Positions 62,906 to 64,000 of a stretch of DNA of 64,000 nt are shown here, in pieces. Position numbers and translations under genes: made by a program. The stretch spans positions 256,001 to 320,000 of the forward strand of contig JBFOMH010000005.1 of assembly GCA_040830765.1 (NCBI GenBank), read 5' to 3'. This DNA is from Puniceicoccaceae bacterium (lineage in GTDB: Bacteria > Verrucomicrobiota > Verrucomicrobiia > Opitutales > Oceanipulchritudinaceae). Numbering within the stretch: the stretch's first letter is position 1; the number at the start of each line of letters is the position of its first letter. Under the pieces are notes generated by a model. The model was not told the DNA's origin. It searched no databases and was given only the letters and a program-made list of their open reading frames with translations.

Positions 62906-63937
62906 TTAGTTGGAATAACCGGCCTGCGCTCCCTTAATGTCGCGCTTCTTGACCCACGGCATAAGGCTCCGCAGGCGGGCACCGGTCTTTTCAATCGGAT
63001 GCTTCACGCTTTCCTCCTGGAAGCGCTTGTAGTTCGGGAATCCGGCTTCGGCCTCCTTTACCCACTCGCGGGCAAACTTGCCGCTCTGGATTTCTGTCAG
63101 GATCTTCTTCATCGACCGCTTGGTGTTGGCGTTGATGACGCGCGGACCGCGCGTGTAGTCGCCGTACTCAGCGGTCTCGGAAATGCTGAACCGCATCCCG
63201 CTGACACCGGACTCAACCATCATGTCGACGATCAGCTTCAGTTCGTGGAGACACTCGAAATAAGCCATCTCCGGCTGGTAGCCAGCCTCGACCAGGGTTT
63301 CAAAACCGGCCTGGACCAGTGCGCTGGCACCGCCACAGAGGACGGCCTGCTCACCGAAGAGGTCGGTTTCGGTCTCTTCCTTGAAAGTGGTCTGGATAAC
63401 ACCGGCCCGGGCGGAGCCGATACCCTTGGCCCAGGAAAGAGCGATCTTCTTGGAGTCCTTGGCGGAACCCTTGAGGATGGCGATCAATGCCGGAACGCCC
63501 TTGCCCTCCTGATACTGGGCGCGCACGGTGTGGCCGGGACCCTTCGGGGCAACCATGATCACGCTGACCCCCTTCGGCGGCTTGATCAGTTCATAGAGGA
63601 TGGCAAACCCATGGACGAAGAGCAGCGTCTTGCCCTTGGTCAGGTTTGGCGCAATCTCGGACTCGTAAACCGCCTTCTGCTTCATGTCGGGAATTCCCAC
63701 CATGATGACATCGGCCTTCTGCACGGCTTCCGCTACTTCCATCACCGCAAAGCCCAGCTTCTTGGCGACCGGAATCGACTTGCTCCCCTTGTAGAGGCCA
63801 ATGATGACTTTCATGCCGCTGTCCTTGAGGTTCAGCGCATGGGCGTGGCCTTGTGAACCAAAGCCGATCACGGCCAGGGTCTTGTTCTTCAAAACGCGGA
63901 GGTCCCCGTCTTTTTCAGTATACACCTTTGCAGGCAT
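62906..63937 (-). CDS. ilvC: Ketol-acid reductoisomerase
   Basis: '[13 protein letters not shown]', 'APKGPGH', '[16 protein letters not shown]'. Confidence 0.98.
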   Translation of the reverse strand: MPAKVYTEKDGDLRVLKNKTLAVIGFGSQGHAHALNLKDSGMKVIIGLYKGSKSIPVAKKLGFAVMEVAEAVQKADVIMVGIPDMKQKAVYESEIAPNLTKGKTLLFVHGFAILYELIKPPKGVSVIMVAPKGPGHTVRAQYQEGKGVPALIAILKGSAKDSKKIALSWAKGIGSARAGVIQTTFKEETETDLFGEQAVLCGGASALVQAGFETLVEAGYQPEMAYFECLHELKLIVDMMVESGVSGMRFSISETAEYGDYTRGPRVINANTKRSMKKILTEIQSGKFAREWVKEAEAGFPNYKRFQEESVKHPIEKTGARLRSLMPWVKKRDIKGAQAGYSN

Positions 63938-63961
63938 CGTTCCTTCTTACCTTTCCTGTTG

Positions 63962-64000
63962 TTAGAGTTCGAGTTTGCGGTTGCGACGCAGGGCGGCAGT
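63962..64000 (-). CDS. 3' end of a gene, probably the acetolactate synthase small subunit (IlvH/IlvN)
   Basis: Minus strand reads TAALRRNRKLEL*; directly upstream of ilvC. Identity rests mainly on gene order. Confidence 0.5.
   Translation of the reverse strand, partial: TAALRRNRKLEL

Overview
Chromosomal window from a fairly GC-rich bacterium, most likely Verrucomicrobiota (Opitutae/Puniceicoccaceae-like). This is inferred from two PEP-CTERM proteins, a TIGR02597-like protein and secreted proteins with C-terminal 'FFR' tails. Most of the window is housekeeping: uvrA, asnS, tatD, rodZ-like, rsmG, trxB, miaB, a Yej-like peptide ABC transporter, hisA, tig-clpP-clpX, ggt, pfp, gpmI, tcdA, lexA, trpF, hemCD and ilvC. 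The standout feature is a ~0.9 kb protein-free, hairpin-dense transcription unit on the minus strand (~10553 to ~9645). It has its own sigma70-like promoter, a boxA-like 5' element and an intrinsic terminator, and is probably a giant structured ncRNA (MISL-like or new). An AT-rich cluster of DnaA-box-like 9-mers and a perfect IHF consensus site lies directly upstream of it. Other points of interest: a candidate sigma54-driven operon (degenerate M20 peptidase, gpgS, GT4) for glucosylglycerate-type osmolytes; a two-Cys BigR/SqrR-like repressor with a DUF2892-RND efflux cassette; a non-canonical palindrome over the lexA promoter; and intergenic inverted hexamer/heptamer microsatellites and REP-like palindromes. 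No rRNA, tRNA, CRISPR array, transposase or phage gene was recognised. All calls come from reading the sequence; no searches or folding programs were run.
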